From: Candidatus Micrarchaeota archaeon
GTDB taxonomy: Archaea > Micrarchaeota > Micrarchaeia > Anstonellales > Bilamarchaeaceae
NCBI GenBank assembly: GCA_043821365.1
Contig: JBDRCX010000006.1
Span: forward strand, 672,001-736,000
DNA length: 64,000 nt
Direction: 5' to 3'
Shown here: positions 8,878 through 18,549 of the stretch, one piece after another
Layout of the letters: every line of letters begins with the position of its first letter
Position numbering within the stretch: the stretch's first letter is position 1
The notes under the pieces: model-generated
The model's input: the letters and a program-made list of their open reading frames with translations, nothing else
Told to the model about the DNA's origin: nothing
The model's database searches: none
Made by a program: the position numbers and the translations under genes

Positions 8878-10416
8878 TTAATCACATGAACCATTATTAC
8901 ATACTGTACCATTTGTACATTCCATAAGAGTGTACTCTATTCCATCTTCAAATGTACAACTGACTCTTCTAACAACTATATCACTGGCGCAAGTATCATA
9001 TTCAGTTGAAACAACAGTACCATTTTGGTAAAAAGAAACTGAACCAAATGTAGAGCTGTTAAGGTGACTATCAATGCAAGTATAAGGGTAAACACATGCA
9101 CCATCAATACATTCAGCATTTTCCATGCATTCATAAAAATCAATTGCTGTTTTTGTACCACTGCAGGAATATTCAGCAACCATAGTATTAGAAGTACAAT
9201 AATCATATTTTACATCTTCTATGGAACTGCTTGATGTTAGGATTATATAGGAAGCGGTTCTGCGTCCATTGTAATAGGCACCACTATCAATATCATAACA
9301 TGATTCTGCTGTTATTTCATAACATTTACCCGAATAGCAAAATTCATCTGATTTGCATTCAACTTCTTCATATTCAATTTTACTATCAACACACTGGTAA
9401 TCTTTTTTTGTCATATAATCGAGGCAGCTATCTGTTGCACTATCTAGTGTTGATGTGCTAGTGTGAAGTTTTACTGTTCTCCCAGAATTTGTCTCTTCAC
9501 AAGTTACATTATCACTATCATAGCATCTTCCATTCTTGCAAATAATCTCGCAAGTTTCATAGTTTGGAATTGATAATCCACCATCACAGGTATAATCCAC
9601 AAGAGTGTATTTGTCATAGCAATAGTCATTGTATACTTGGGTTAGATCTTTGACATATGAAGCATTGTAGACATCAATTCCATCGTCACCATCTAAGCAA
9701 ACAGAGATACACCTTCCTCCACTACAAATCTCATCCGTATTGCACGGAAGTGTTTTGGAATTAATCTCACTACCATTGCAATAATATTCTCTAATAGTTG
9801 TGTTATCAAAACAAGAATCATATTTAGACTGCAGTACCAATCCTTGAGCAGACTGAACTATCTTACCAAGTTCATATTCATCTTCTTCATCAGTTTCTGT
9901 ACATGTTCTTGATGCATTCACACATGCATTCTCCTGACAACTATTACCAATCCCGCAGCTTATCACACTGTTCATCATTTTTCCGCCATCGCATAAATAC
10001 TCCAATACACTTGTTTGGCTGTTACACGAATCGCGGTATGTTTCATTTTGAGAAGTAACAAAACCAGAAACATAGACATTTGCCCCTCCATCGCTATCAA
10101 TACAGAAATCTTCTATTGTTCTATTATCTTGTACAATATTTATTATGCATGCTCCGTCTGTGCACACTGTTCCATTTGGACATGTCATAGTTTCAAAATT
10201 TACTGTATCATTATAACAAAAATATTCAGTCAATGAATTGTTTTCACAAAAATCAGTGTAACTTCCTAGTGATCCTTTGATAAAAATATTCGCTCCTCCA
10301 TCACTATCCGTACAATTTGGCATAGTTATGTTTGATTGTTGGGTGGTATTTTGCTGATGGGTGGTTGTTATGCAACCAAATAATAGTAATAAAGCAGTGA
10401 ATATGTAACGTGACAT
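8878..10416 (-). CDS. Cys-rich repeat surface lipoprotein
   Basis: Lipobox-like LLFGC; repeated C-x-DSDGG...D-x-C...EY-x-C...C-x-NG-x-C units. Confidence 0.75.
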   Translation of the reverse strand: MSRYIFTALLLLFGCITTTHQQNTTQQSNITMPNCTDSDGGANIFIKGSLGSYTDFCENNSLTEYFCYNDTVNFETMTCPNGTVCTDGACIINIVQDNRTIEDFCIDSDGGANVYVSGFVTSQNETYRDSCNSQTSVLEYLCDGGKMMNSVISCGIGNSCQENACVNASRTCTETDEEDEYELGKIVQSAQGLVLQSKYDSCFDNTTIREYYCNGSEINSKTLPCNTDEICSGGRCISVCLDGDDGIDVYNASYVKDLTQVYNDYCYDKYTLVDYTCDGGLSIPNYETCEIICKNGRCYDSDNVTCEETNSGRTVKLHTSTSTLDSATDSCLDYMTKKDYQCVDSKIEYEEVECKSDEFCYSGKCYEITAESCYDIDSGAYYNGRRTASYIILTSSSSIEDVKYDYCTSNTMVAEYSCSGTKTAIDFYECMENAECIDGACVYPYTCIDSHLNSSTFGSVSFYQNGTVVSTEYDTCASDIVVRRVSCTFEDGIEYTLMECTNGTVCNNGSCD

Positions 10417-11000
10417 GGAAAGCTATCGTTCAAAACATTTATAACACTTCAAATGAAACCATATGCATGAAGGAATTAATCAGGAAACTTTTTGTGCTTC
10501 AAATTGTGCAAGGCGGTATTCCAGATGATGTTTATCACTTTTTAGAAGATAATGAAAAAAAACTACTTATAGAAGAAAATGGTAGATTTTTTTTGAAAAA
10601 AGATAAAAGAGCAAAGATAAAAGTGGTACTTACTGGAGGTGTATTTGATATCCTTCATATAGGGCACATAATCACATTAAATGAAGCTAAAAAACATGGT
10701 GATGTTCTAGTGGTTGCAATTGCAAAAGATGAACACATAATGAAAAAAGGAAGGGATCCAATCCATCCTCAAGAATATAGGAAAATCATGGTGGAAGCAC
10801 TAAAATCAGTTGATATTGCATTGGCAGGTTTTGATGATCCTCAAGACCTTATAACATTAGTAAAACCAGATCTTATTGTCTATGGGTATGACCAAAAGGA
10901 ATTTCTAAGACCAGAAGGGGTAGAAGTTATCAAATTAAATAAAAAAATAGACGATTCAAAGTTTAAAACAGGCAAAATCTTAGATAATTTTGGAATATGA
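10410..11000 (+). CDS. ribL: FAD synthase / cytidylyltransferase-like protein with N-terminal extension
   Basis: TGGVFDILHIGH (HIGH) motif, PDLIVYGYDQ. Confidence 0.7.
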   Translation: MTWKAIVQNIYNTSNETICMKELIRKLFVLQIVQGGIPDDVYHFLEDNEKKLLIEENGRFFLKKDKRAKIKVVLTGGVFDILHIGHIITLNEAKKHGDVLVVAIAKDEHIMKKGRDPIHPQEYRKIMVEALKSVDIALAGFDDPQDLITLVKPDLIVYGYDQKEFLRPEGVEVIKLNKKIDDSKFKTGKILDNFGI

Positions 11001-11021
11001 ACTCACATTTATAAACATTTT

Positions 11022-11420
11022 ATGAGTCTTAAACTCATGGTAATTGGTCAGTTTAGGTCTACAATGAAAAGTCGTGAAGATGAATTCGAGTCAGCAACCA
11101 TAGAAAAACCTCCACAACAAAACAAATCATCGACTTCAGAAGAATTCATAAAAACCCCAGAAGCAAGAAGGTTTGTTGAAAAATGGGCAAAAAAAACCAA
11201 AGAAGGAAAGCACATGTACACTAAAAGAGGTATCATAGCTCTTCTTGGTTCTATATTCAAAATATCAAGTCTAGATTCAGATAAATCTGTTTTAGATACT
11301 TCAGAAGAGCTATTGAGTATGCTTGGCGGAATGGATGGATTACAAGGCTTCCTTATGGGTTGGAAAGCAAAATCCGAAGGTCTTATTACTGCACTTAAAA
11401 CAGCAATAGGAGCTAAATAA
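11022..11420 (+). CDS. Hypothetical protein
   Basis: ORF fits the gap between neighbours; no motif recognised. Confidence 0.5.
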   Translation: MSLKLMVIGQFRSTMKSREDEFESATIEKPPQQNKSSTSEEFIKTPEARRFVEKWAKKTKEGKHMYTKRGIIALLGSIFKISSLDSDKSVLDTSEELLSMLGGMDGLQGFLMGWKAKSEGLITALKTAIGAK

Positions 11421-11487
11421 CGCATTTTATCTTTTTATATAACTTTAAAAATACGTTCACACCTAATCAGTATGAGGCGGGAGGTAA

Positions 11488-12558
11488 ATGCGAAATAAAG
11501 AATACCTAGGGCGAATGGCAACTGCCAAACACCGCAAAGTACTCCAGAAAGCAATTGAAAGAGCAAAAGTTTTACATTCTACTTTTGGCGAAAAAGCAAC
11601 CCCTCTTCTTAGAACCCATGAAGGCGCAGATCCTGATGGAATAGGTGCAATGAAATTTCTTCAAGGTTATCTAGAAGCAAGATACCAGTTGGCATCCCAT
11701 ATCTATACTGGTCCAATATTGTTTACATCACGTCCTCTTGCAAATCGATTGGCTATTGACGCAGTTGATGTACCAACAACTGAAGGAATGCTTTTTGTTT
11801 TAGATACATGTGCAAAGCCTCTTCTCAATGGTAATGATTTTGTTCGTGATAGAACCACAGTAATCGATCACCATGTACCTGATATTACTTCTATAGATGC
11901 TGCTTTTATGGTAAGAAATCCAAATGCAGTATCAACATGCGAAATGCTTGCATCTTTGGTTCCTTTGAAATATATAAATGAAGAAGGAGCATTTGCCCTT
12001 GCAGTTGGAATAGCAAGTGATACTGAGAGACTTAGGGTTGCTGAAAGAAGAACAATTGCAATTTTTGAAAGACTGCTTAGAATAGCAAAAGTAAAACGGT
12101 CTGATGTTGATGAATTGGCTGATCCTGCTTGGGATCCAAGAAGAGTTTTGGCAATTGGGAGTGATATGAAAAATGTTCTTTGGGACAGCTATCTGAAAAA
12201 TGGAAAAGAGTGGGTATTTGCAGTTGGTTTAAGCACAATTGAGATGCCATTTGTACTTGCAGATGCACTTAGAAAATTAAATACAAATATATCAGTTGCA
12301 TTGAGCGAAATAGCTGAAGGAAGATTTAAATTGTCAGTCAGAATTGGTTTTGCTGAAGCAGATCAGACAGGGGTACATGCAAATGATATTGCAAGAGTAA
12401 TTAGTCTAAAATTGGATCTACCTCAGGAGCAATGGGGTGGTGGGGAAATTGACCGTGCCGGTGCAATCGTGGTTGGTTCAATAGAGAGGATTGTTAATAT
12501 TACTAATTTGGCAATTACTGAAGTTATAGATGCTGCAGCTAGAAAAATAGATTTTTAA
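11488..12558 (+). CDS. DHH-family phosphoesterase
   Basis: THEGADPDGIG, LDT, IDHH, GIASDT, GGG motifs; GGAGGT ribosome-binding site upstream. Confidence 0.8.
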   Translation: MRNKEYLGRMATAKHRKVLQKAIERAKVLHSTFGEKATPLLRTHEGADPDGIGAMKFLQGYLEARYQLASHIYTGPILFTSRPLANRLAIDAVDVPTTEGMLFVLDTCAKPLLNGNDFVRDRTTVIDHHVPDITSIDAAFMVRNPNAVSTCEMLASLVPLKYINEEGAFALAVGIASDTERLRVAERRTIAIFERLLRIAKVKRSDVDELADPAWDPRRVLAIGSDMKNVLWDSYLKNGKEWVFAVGLSTIEMPFVLADALRKLNTNISVALSEIAEGRFKLSVRIGFAEADQTGVHANDIARVISLKLDLPQEQWGGGEIDRAGAIVVGSIERIVNITNLAITEVIDAAARKIDF

Positions 12559-12601
12559 ATATAAAGTGATAACAAAACAACTTGATGCCTCGGTAGCTCA
12601 G

Positions 12602-12686
12602 TCCGCCTTTTAGAAAAAGGCGGCCCAAAACTTATTGTTGAACACTTCGTGTTTTGGGTACGTCGTCTGTTAAAAGGCTGGAGTAA
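12602..12686 (+). other. tRNA intron, D-loop position 15/16 (85 nt)
   Basis: BHB: helix GCUC/GAGU, bulges AG|U and AA|C. Confidence 0.85.
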
Positions 12687-12708
12687 CCGGTAGAGCGGCT
12701 GACTGTTA

Positions 12709-12815
12709 CAAACTTTTTTGGAAAAAAAGTTTGATCAAAAAACTTTTAACGAGTTTTTTATCATTTTAGGAAATAGCAAGCAAGTTTTTGCGCCGCTTTT
12801 TCCTAAAAAGCGGCA
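12709..12815 (+). other. tRNA intron, position 37/38 (107 nt)
   Basis: Helix CUGU/GCGG, 3' bulge CA|A; removal rebuilds a 7-nt anticodon loop. Confidence 0.88.
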
Positions 12816-12916
12816 ATCAGCAGGCCGGAAGTTCGAGTCTTCCCCGGGGCGAACGAAGTGAGCCACGGGGGATGGGTGGCCAAAAGCCAACCACTTCCCC
12901 GGGGCGTTTTTGTTTA

Positions 12917-13930
12917 CTAATTCTCCCACCACTGGCCTATAAAGTATATTTTCGAGTCATCTTTAGAAAAAATTGGAGAGTGGCACAGGAATTCAGGTGG
13001 AAAGTAACTTGGAGTTATGTCCCTACTATTAGTGCCGTCACTATCTATAATATAAATATCATACTTTCCTTGGTTATTTATTGCTGCAACTGTGTAAACT
13101 ATTTTATCTCCTGAATAAGACCAGCTTGCAAGACCTTGTGCATAGCCAGTATTTGTCAAGCGTTTTTCATCAGTTCCATCTGAATTAATAACAAATAAAT
13201 TGTATGCTCCATTGGAAACATTAGGATCTTCCAAACGTTCAAAAACTATTTTTTTACCATCAACACTCAAGCGTGGATCATAGTCTCCTATTGGAAGATT
13301 TGCACTTCCCCATACTCCTCCATTTACAGGATTTGTGATAGTTTTTGCTTCAGTGCCATCATCTTTCATAACCCATATTTTGGACCCAGATGTAAAAGCA
13401 ATAATGTTCTGTTTCCAATCAATGTCTGCATCATGAGAACCAGAATCATATAATTTGCTCTCATTATTCCCACCAATCACATATATATCCAAGTCATTAT
13501 CTCGCATTGAAAGGAATGCTATTTTGCTACCATCCTGAGACCATGCCGGGTAAAGATCCCAAAATGAGTTGTTTGTAATTCTTTGCAGACCACTACCATC
13601 AATATTTATGGTAAATATCTCTGAATTTTCATTAGCATTTCCATCAATCTTTCCAGAAAAAACAAATTTGTCACCTTTGCTGTTTAGTCGTAAAGATGAA
13701 GTATATACTTCATTTGGAAAACTATAGATTAGGGTAACATTTCCTGTTTGAATATCTAGTTCATATATCCCAAATTCATTCTGATGCGGTACAGTCTGGA
13801 CTGGTTCTGGTGAAATTTCATTCTGGGTACATCCAACAAGAAAAATTAATAAAAATAATATAACATATCTCATTTCAACACCATTGGAATATCCTAAACC
13901 ATAACTATTAATCTTTGCAGGATTTGCCAA
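12917..13930 (-). CDS. TolB-like (PD40) beta-propeller lipoprotein
   Basis: Lipobox FLVGC; repeats PAWSQDGSKIAF, PRLSVDGKKIVF, PIFSKDDSKIYF. Confidence 0.8.
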   Translation of the reverse strand: MANPAKINSYGLGYSNGVEMRYVILFLLIFLVGCTQNEISPEPVQTVPHQNEFGIYELDIQTGNVTLIYSFPNEVYTSSLRLNSKGDKFVFSGKIDGNANENSEIFTINIDGSGLQRITNNSFWDLYPAWSQDGSKIAFLSMRDNDLDIYVIGGNNESKLYDSGSHDADIDWKQNIIAFTSGSKIWVMKDDGTEAKTITNPVNGGVWGSANLPIGDYDPRLSVDGKKIVFERLEDPNVSNGAYNLFVINSDGTDEKRLTNTGYAQGLASWSYSGDKIVYTVAAINNQGKYDIYIIDSDGTNSRDITPSYFPPEFLCHSPIFSKDDSKIYFIGQWWEN

Positions 13931-13972
13931 CTCCGTAAAGCTTTTAATAAATAGAGACGGTGTATAATCGGA

Positions 13973-15634
13973 GTGAATTTGATGGATTATATGAAGATCG
14001 GATTGATTTTTATTTTGGTGACAGTGTCTTTGGCATATGCAGGATTCTTAGACCCTATTCTTGATCCTATAGAGAATTTTTTCAGAAATCTAACTAATCA
14101 AGTTGAAGCAGAATTAGACAGGACCAGAGTTGGGCGTGAACTCAATAGAATCATAGAAGACATTGAAGGGGTTGCGCGCATAGTCAATGAGATTCAATCA
14201 ATTGCAACTGTATTAAGCAGCGTCAGTCCGCCTATAGCTATAATCAACCTTGCCACTCAGTATGGCCATGATCCAAGTGATCTTTTTGATAGATTTAAGG
14301 AGAGAGTACATTCTCTTGAAAACAATTATCCTGGTTCTGGAGGAGGTTCAAGTGGAAATCTTTCAAACACTGAAATAGCAGCTGCGTTGCAATCAGTTTT
14401 AGAAGAACCAGCACTACCAACTGGGGTGTATATGGGAGATGATTGTATTATTGACCTTACTCAATGTGATTTTAACGATCCATCTAGAGCTAGTCAATAT
14501 CGTGATAGTTTTTTCAGTTATTCATGTTATGTTGAGGGTATTGTTGCTAAGAAAAGTGCTAGTGGACTTAACCGTGCAACCTGTAGGGCAACATGGATAA
14601 ATACCTGGAGCGGTAATGTTGCACCGGTCCATTTCCTATATGATAATCAATTTGCAAACTACTATTGGGACCAATGTGCTAGGGTATATCTAACAAGTGA
14701 AGAACAAAATAATTTTATGCAGAATAAAAACTGTGAGCAACCCATTGCAAGACATGATCTTGGAGATATTTGTGCAGTTGACTATACAACCTGCCCAGCA
14801 AACTCCACTGCATTGTCGAATGCGCACAGAGTTGGTACCATAGCCTATGATAGAATTCCAGGAACAACCAGAAGAAGCTATTTCTGTGAATTACCATTCT
14901 ATGGTTGGGTGGCTCTTGATTCAAGTTTGAGACAATCATGTGAAGTTGTTTATGTTGGGCAGAGGGAAGTTGATGGACTTTTAGCCGCACAACCTGAAGT
15001 ATTAATCCCTCCAATCACCCCGCCAATCACTCCACCACCACCTGTTCAAACTACTCCGCCATCCCCAACTGAAGGATTAAACAACACAGGTACTTTGAGA
15101 TTTCCAATGACAAGACTCGGGGATTTGCCGATGTATGTTCCTCCCCCATCTTCAGAAAAAATAGTTTATGGAAGATACAATGCTCTTGACATAACTCCAA
15201 CTGTTTACAAACAGAAAAAAATAGCCGCAGATGTATCTGGAGAGAAGAATCTCTCTCTTCTTGATGAAGTTAAGGCTAAGTTGGTTGGACAGACTATACC
15301 TGATTCAACTATGCTATTATTTGGTAATGAAAAAACTCAACTAGAAGTGCGTATGAATGATGGAAATGCATATTATTTTTGTATGGATATCTCTGATGGC
15401 GTAATAAAATCACTTGACCAATGCAAAAAAGATGATCCAAACTTCAGTCCAACTCTTCTAGTTTCAGTATCGCAAACAGTTCTGCAACAATTAAAAGCAG
15501 GAGAAGATCCAGAAATCTTCTTCGAAGCTGTTGATCAAGGCAGAGCAGATTATGAAGGTGTTGGTTTCTTCAACAAATTGAAATATGATATCTTGACATT
15601 CATGGAGAAAGTTGGTCTATTTTCGTTAGGGTGA
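13973..15634 (+). CDS. Secreted hypothetical protein with Cys-rich core and Pro-rich linker
   Basis: Signal-peptide-like N-terminus; PPITPPITPPPP linker; SCP2-like C-terminus is uncertain. Confidence 0.65.
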   Translation: MNLMDYMKIGLIFILVTVSLAYAGFLDPILDPIENFFRNLTNQVEAELDRTRVGRELNRIIEDIEGVARIVNEIQSIATVLSSVSPPIAIINLATQYGHDPSDLFDRFKERVHSLENNYPGSGGGSSGNLSNTEIAAALQSVLEEPALPTGVYMGDDCIIDLTQCDFNDPSRASQYRDSFFSYSCYVEGIVAKKSASGLNRATCRATWINTWSGNVAPVHFLYDNQFANYYWDQCARVYLTSEEQNNFMQNKNCEQPIARHDLGDICAVDYTTCPANSTALSNAHRVGTIAYDRIPGTTRRSYFCELPFYGWVALDSSLRQSCEVVYVGQREVDGLLAAQPEVLIPPITPPITPPPPVQTTPPSPTEGLNNTGTLRFPMTRLGDLPMYVPPPSSEKIVYGRYNALDITPTVYKQKKIAADVSGEKNLSLLDEVKAKLVGQTIPDSTMLLFGNEKTQLEVRMNDGNAYYFCMDISDGVIKSLDQCKKDDPNFSPTLLVSVSQTVLQQLKAGEDPEIFFEAVDQGRADYEGVGFFNKLKYDILTFMEKVGLFSLG

Positions 15635-15638
15635 TAAA

Positions 15639-15998
15639 ATGAAAAAAACTGTTCTGTTATTCTTGGGTGTGGTGGTTCTGGTTGTTCTTTTAGTTTTGAT
15701 TTTATCACTTAATCAAAAAGAAGAAGGTCCAGAGCTTCTTGAATATTATAAGGTTCTTGCAGAACAATGCGAAGCAAAGGGAAGTTACAGTTGTTGTATG
15801 GCTTCAGTAAATAACATGGCTGCTTATAATTACATGCTTGAACCAGCAACTGGGTGTCCTTCTGGGTATCAGAGAAATATGCTAAAATGCATTGATACTT
15901 TTGTCTGGTGCGAGAAAATGGATGTAATTCTGCCAATCAATAATACTAATCAGACTGTCGTAAATAATACGCAAAACAATACTTCTGTTGTGTCATAA
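15639..15998 (+). CDS. Small membrane-anchored Cys-rich protein
   Basis: N-terminal TM and six Cys. Confidence 0.6.
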   Translation: MKKTVLLFLGVVVLVVLLVLILSLNQKEEGPELLEYYKVLAEQCEAKGSYSCCMASVNNMAAYNYMLEPATGCPSGYQRNMLKCIDTFVWCEKMDVILPINNTNQTVVNNTQNNTSVVS

Positions 15999-16902
15999 TC
16001 AATATCTGGTGAGTTTCGACAAGAATATAAAAACAAACCAATCAAATCTTTCTATGGCTCAAAAACAAGCAGAAGGAGCAAAAACAGTACTTGAACAACC
16101 AGGTGTTTTTGCAATAAAAAAATTACAAGATGGTGGCTATTCACTTACTGTTCATTATTTGGATAGTTCTAGTGGCATGCAAGAAAGGGCTCAACAAACT
16201 ATTAGAATAACAGAGACAATGTTCAATAAATTCAGACAGGCTTTGGCTGGAGATGCAAGAATAACATTAAGAAAAAACGGGACAATTGAACCATTCCAAC
16301 CTGAAGAACTTGCAAGAGCACTTATTGGAAACAAATTTATGGGGGATTATAATCTAGGAAAAACACTTGATGATCAGGCAGTGCCTCGTGCCATTTCTCC
16401 ACAACTTAAAGAAAGAATTAGAGGAAAACTTCAATCTTCTGGAATTTATGAAAATGCATTAATTGGTCTCACACAATGGTTTGAACAGATTCAATCAGAA
16501 ATTCCAGGTGCTACAATTCCTGCTGGTTTTAAGCTATCTGTTGGCAGGGATGAAGTAACAGTAACATTAAGATTAGATGATAATAATCGCTCAGTAAGAG
16601 TTGTAAATCAAGATGGTGAAACTCGTTCTATTGCTGTTCTACCAGAAGTTATTACACTAAGATTGAATGAATTCGTTATTGATGGTTTGGATAATCATGA
16701 TCCTGAAACAATATTACGTGCAGTTGAAATGCAGATTAAAGCATGCGCAATGGTACCTCTGAGAGATTTGGGATTTGAAGGGAATGATACACTTCGCAAA
16801 GCCAGCCAGCTTGCAACAAGAATCCTAGGTAGCGAAGATGAAAGAACAGATTTAGCATCACAGTTGGGACGTGAGATAAGTAGGACACTTAGAGAAAGTT
16901 AA
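15988..16902 (+). CDS. Hypothetical protein (true start probably MAQKQ)
   Basis: Long ORF with no recognised motif. Confidence 0.6.
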   Translation: MCHNQYLVSFDKNIKTNQSNLSMAQKQAEGAKTVLEQPGVFAIKKLQDGGYSLTVHYLDSSSGMQERAQQTIRITETMFNKFRQALAGDARITLRKNGTIEPFQPEELARALIGNKFMGDYNLGKTLDDQAVPRAISPQLKERIRGKLQSSGIYENALIGLTQWFEQIQSEIPGATIPAGFKLSVGRDEVTVTLRLDDNNRSVRVVNQDGETRSIAVLPEVITLRLNEFVIDGLDNHDPETILRAVEMQIKACAMVPLRDLGFEGNDTLRKASQLATRILGSEDERTDLASQLGREISRTLRES

Positions 16903-16934
16903 CTTATTATAAGTTTTCTGATGAACTAGATTGT

Positions 16935-17357
16935 ATGAAAAACATATATTTTTTACTTGCTGCTAGTTTTTTGGTCTTTTTTGGCTGCTTTGGTCCAAAT
17001 CCACCAGACAATTTATATTCATACAAAGGCGTAACAGTTGCTGCTGATTCTATTCCTGACCAGTGTCAGAATAAAGAAGATTGTGAAATGTTCTCTTGTA
17101 TGGTGTCTCAGTGTTGGTGCAAATCTGGTGGAGTATTTTACCTTTCTAATATCACTGTTTATGATGAGAGTGGGGCAGAGAATCTTGTAATGAACTATCT
17201 TGACTCTAATTCAATAACTTATAATCAATCTTCAATCAGAGCAGTGAGTCTGGATTCGATTTTCTATAATGTATTCTACGATGATCTATCAAACAATGAA
17301 CATGTCCTTACTGTGGCTGTTGACGGCACAATAATGGAAACTGTATGTGGTGTTTAA
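16935..17357 (+). CDS. Putative lipoprotein
   Basis: Lipobox VFFGC; Cys-rich segment. Confidence 0.6.
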   Translation: MKNIYFLLAASFLVFFGCFGPNPPDNLYSYKGVTVAADSIPDQCQNKEDCEMFSCMVSQCWCKSGGVFYLSNITVYDESGAENLVMNYLDSNSITYNQSSIRAVSLDSIFYNVFYDDLSNNEHVLTVAVDGTIMETVCGV

Positions 17358-18027
17358 TATGCGTATTATCATTCTTTTACTTTTAATTGGTTTATTCTCT
17401 TTTGGTTGTATTTTTCCCCCACCTGATGGAAATGCTACAATAAATACAACAACAAATACTACAATGAATGCTACAAATAACACTACAAATGCTACAAACT
17501 ATTCTAATCTGAAATCAATTGTTCAATTAAAAACTGAATTTAATTGCGATCTTGAGGTTCAAAATGAAACTAAAATAAACAATCTTGTTGTTTGGACGTG
17601 TGCAAGACAATATTCATATGATGATTCTGACGAAGAAGGCATATATATGGTTGATGCTCATCCAATGGGTGCATGGGTCGTAACATATCTTGTTTATGAT
17701 GGTATGAACTATGTGGAAGTTAAAAAGTCAGATCAATTGACACAATTTTTTACTCCTATTGAAAGTGAAAACGAAGCTCTTACCTATACTTATTTGTACA
17801 AAGGACTTAACATGGTTCAAAGTGTCAGTGGGGCACCACTGTCAGGTTCAACAAATGCGCAAAAATCAGGTAATATTTTTGTAGTAACCATACTATACGA
17901 AGACTGGTCTATGTGTCCATGTTATGGAAGCTATTGGAAAACAGTTTATGATGTAACTAGTAATGGGACTATAACCGAGAAAACTGATGAATACGTATAT
18001 GGTTTTCAGGACAACTGTGTTTGTTAG
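17347..18027 (+). CDS. Putative lipoprotein
   Basis: Lipobox FSFGC; Asn/Thr-rich linker with N-x-T sequons. Confidence 0.6.
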   Translation: MVFNMRIIILLLLIGLFSFGCIFPPPDGNATINTTTNTTMNATNNTTNATNYSNLKSIVQLKTEFNCDLEVQNETKINNLVVWTCARQYSYDDSDEEGIYMVDAHPMGAWVVTYLVYDGMNYVEVKKSDQLTQFFTPIESENEALTYTYLYKGLNMVQSVSGAPLSGSTNAQKSGNIFVVTILYEDWSMCPCYGSYWKTVYDVTSNGTITEKTDEYVYGFQDNCVC

Positions 18028-18527
18028 TCAACCTCAGCAATATTGGCTACTTTCACCATTCTGTTTTCCTGATGTAATTTATCACTAATATCCTCTGGAA
18101 TGTAAATATCCAGTGTCATATCAAAAGAGTACCAGCTTGTATTTATCAATTCAGCATCTATTGGCACTATGAATGCTTTGCCAATTGGTTTTTTGCTTAT
18201 TCTAGAATAATACATTACATAATCTTCTTTTTCTACATCAAATGTCTGGAAATAAAATTGATTACCATCATTTTTCATTGTTATGTTTGCTTGTACTGGG
18301 GTTACAATATTATACCCTGGTTTGTTCATTAATATGAAATAGATGTAGTAGTCACCAGTTGTTCTGTTTTTTACCATCTCAAAATAACTCGGATAGATTA
18401 TTTTTGTCTCAGGGTTTTCAAAGAACGGTAAAGAAAATGGTTGCTCAGCAGGGTGTGCGTCATATGTTTGATTACATCCAGCTAGAAGAAATGCACCTAT
18501 AATTAGTACAATAATTAATTTCATCAT
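18024..18527 (-). CDS. Putative lipoprotein
   Basis: Lipobox LLAGC. Confidence 0.6.
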   Translation of the reverse strand: MMKLIIVLIIGAFLLAGCNQTYDAHPAEQPFSLPFFENPETKIIYPSYFEMVKNRTTGDYYIYFILMNKPGYNIVTPVQANITMKNDGNQFYFQTFDVEKEDYVMYYSRISKKPIGKAFIVPIDAELINTSWYSFDMTLDIYIPEDISDKLHQENRMVKVANIAEVD

Positions 18528-18549
18528 TTAGACAACTAAAATCATCTAT

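Larger units (their letters stand above)
12587..12851 (+). tRNA. tRNA-Asn(GTT) with two introns (12602-12686 at 15/16; 12709-12815 at 37/38)
   Basis: Spliced: GCCTCGG TA GCTC AG|CCGGTA GAGC G GCTGA CT GTT A|A TCAGC AGGCC GGAAG TTCGAGT CTTCC CCGGGGC G; TTTAAATA box about 25 nt upstream. Confidence 0.93.

Noticed and set aside
12735-13114. ORFs 12735-12932(-) and 12788-13114(+)
   Set aside because: They overlap tRNA-Asn and its intron or the TolB gene antisense.
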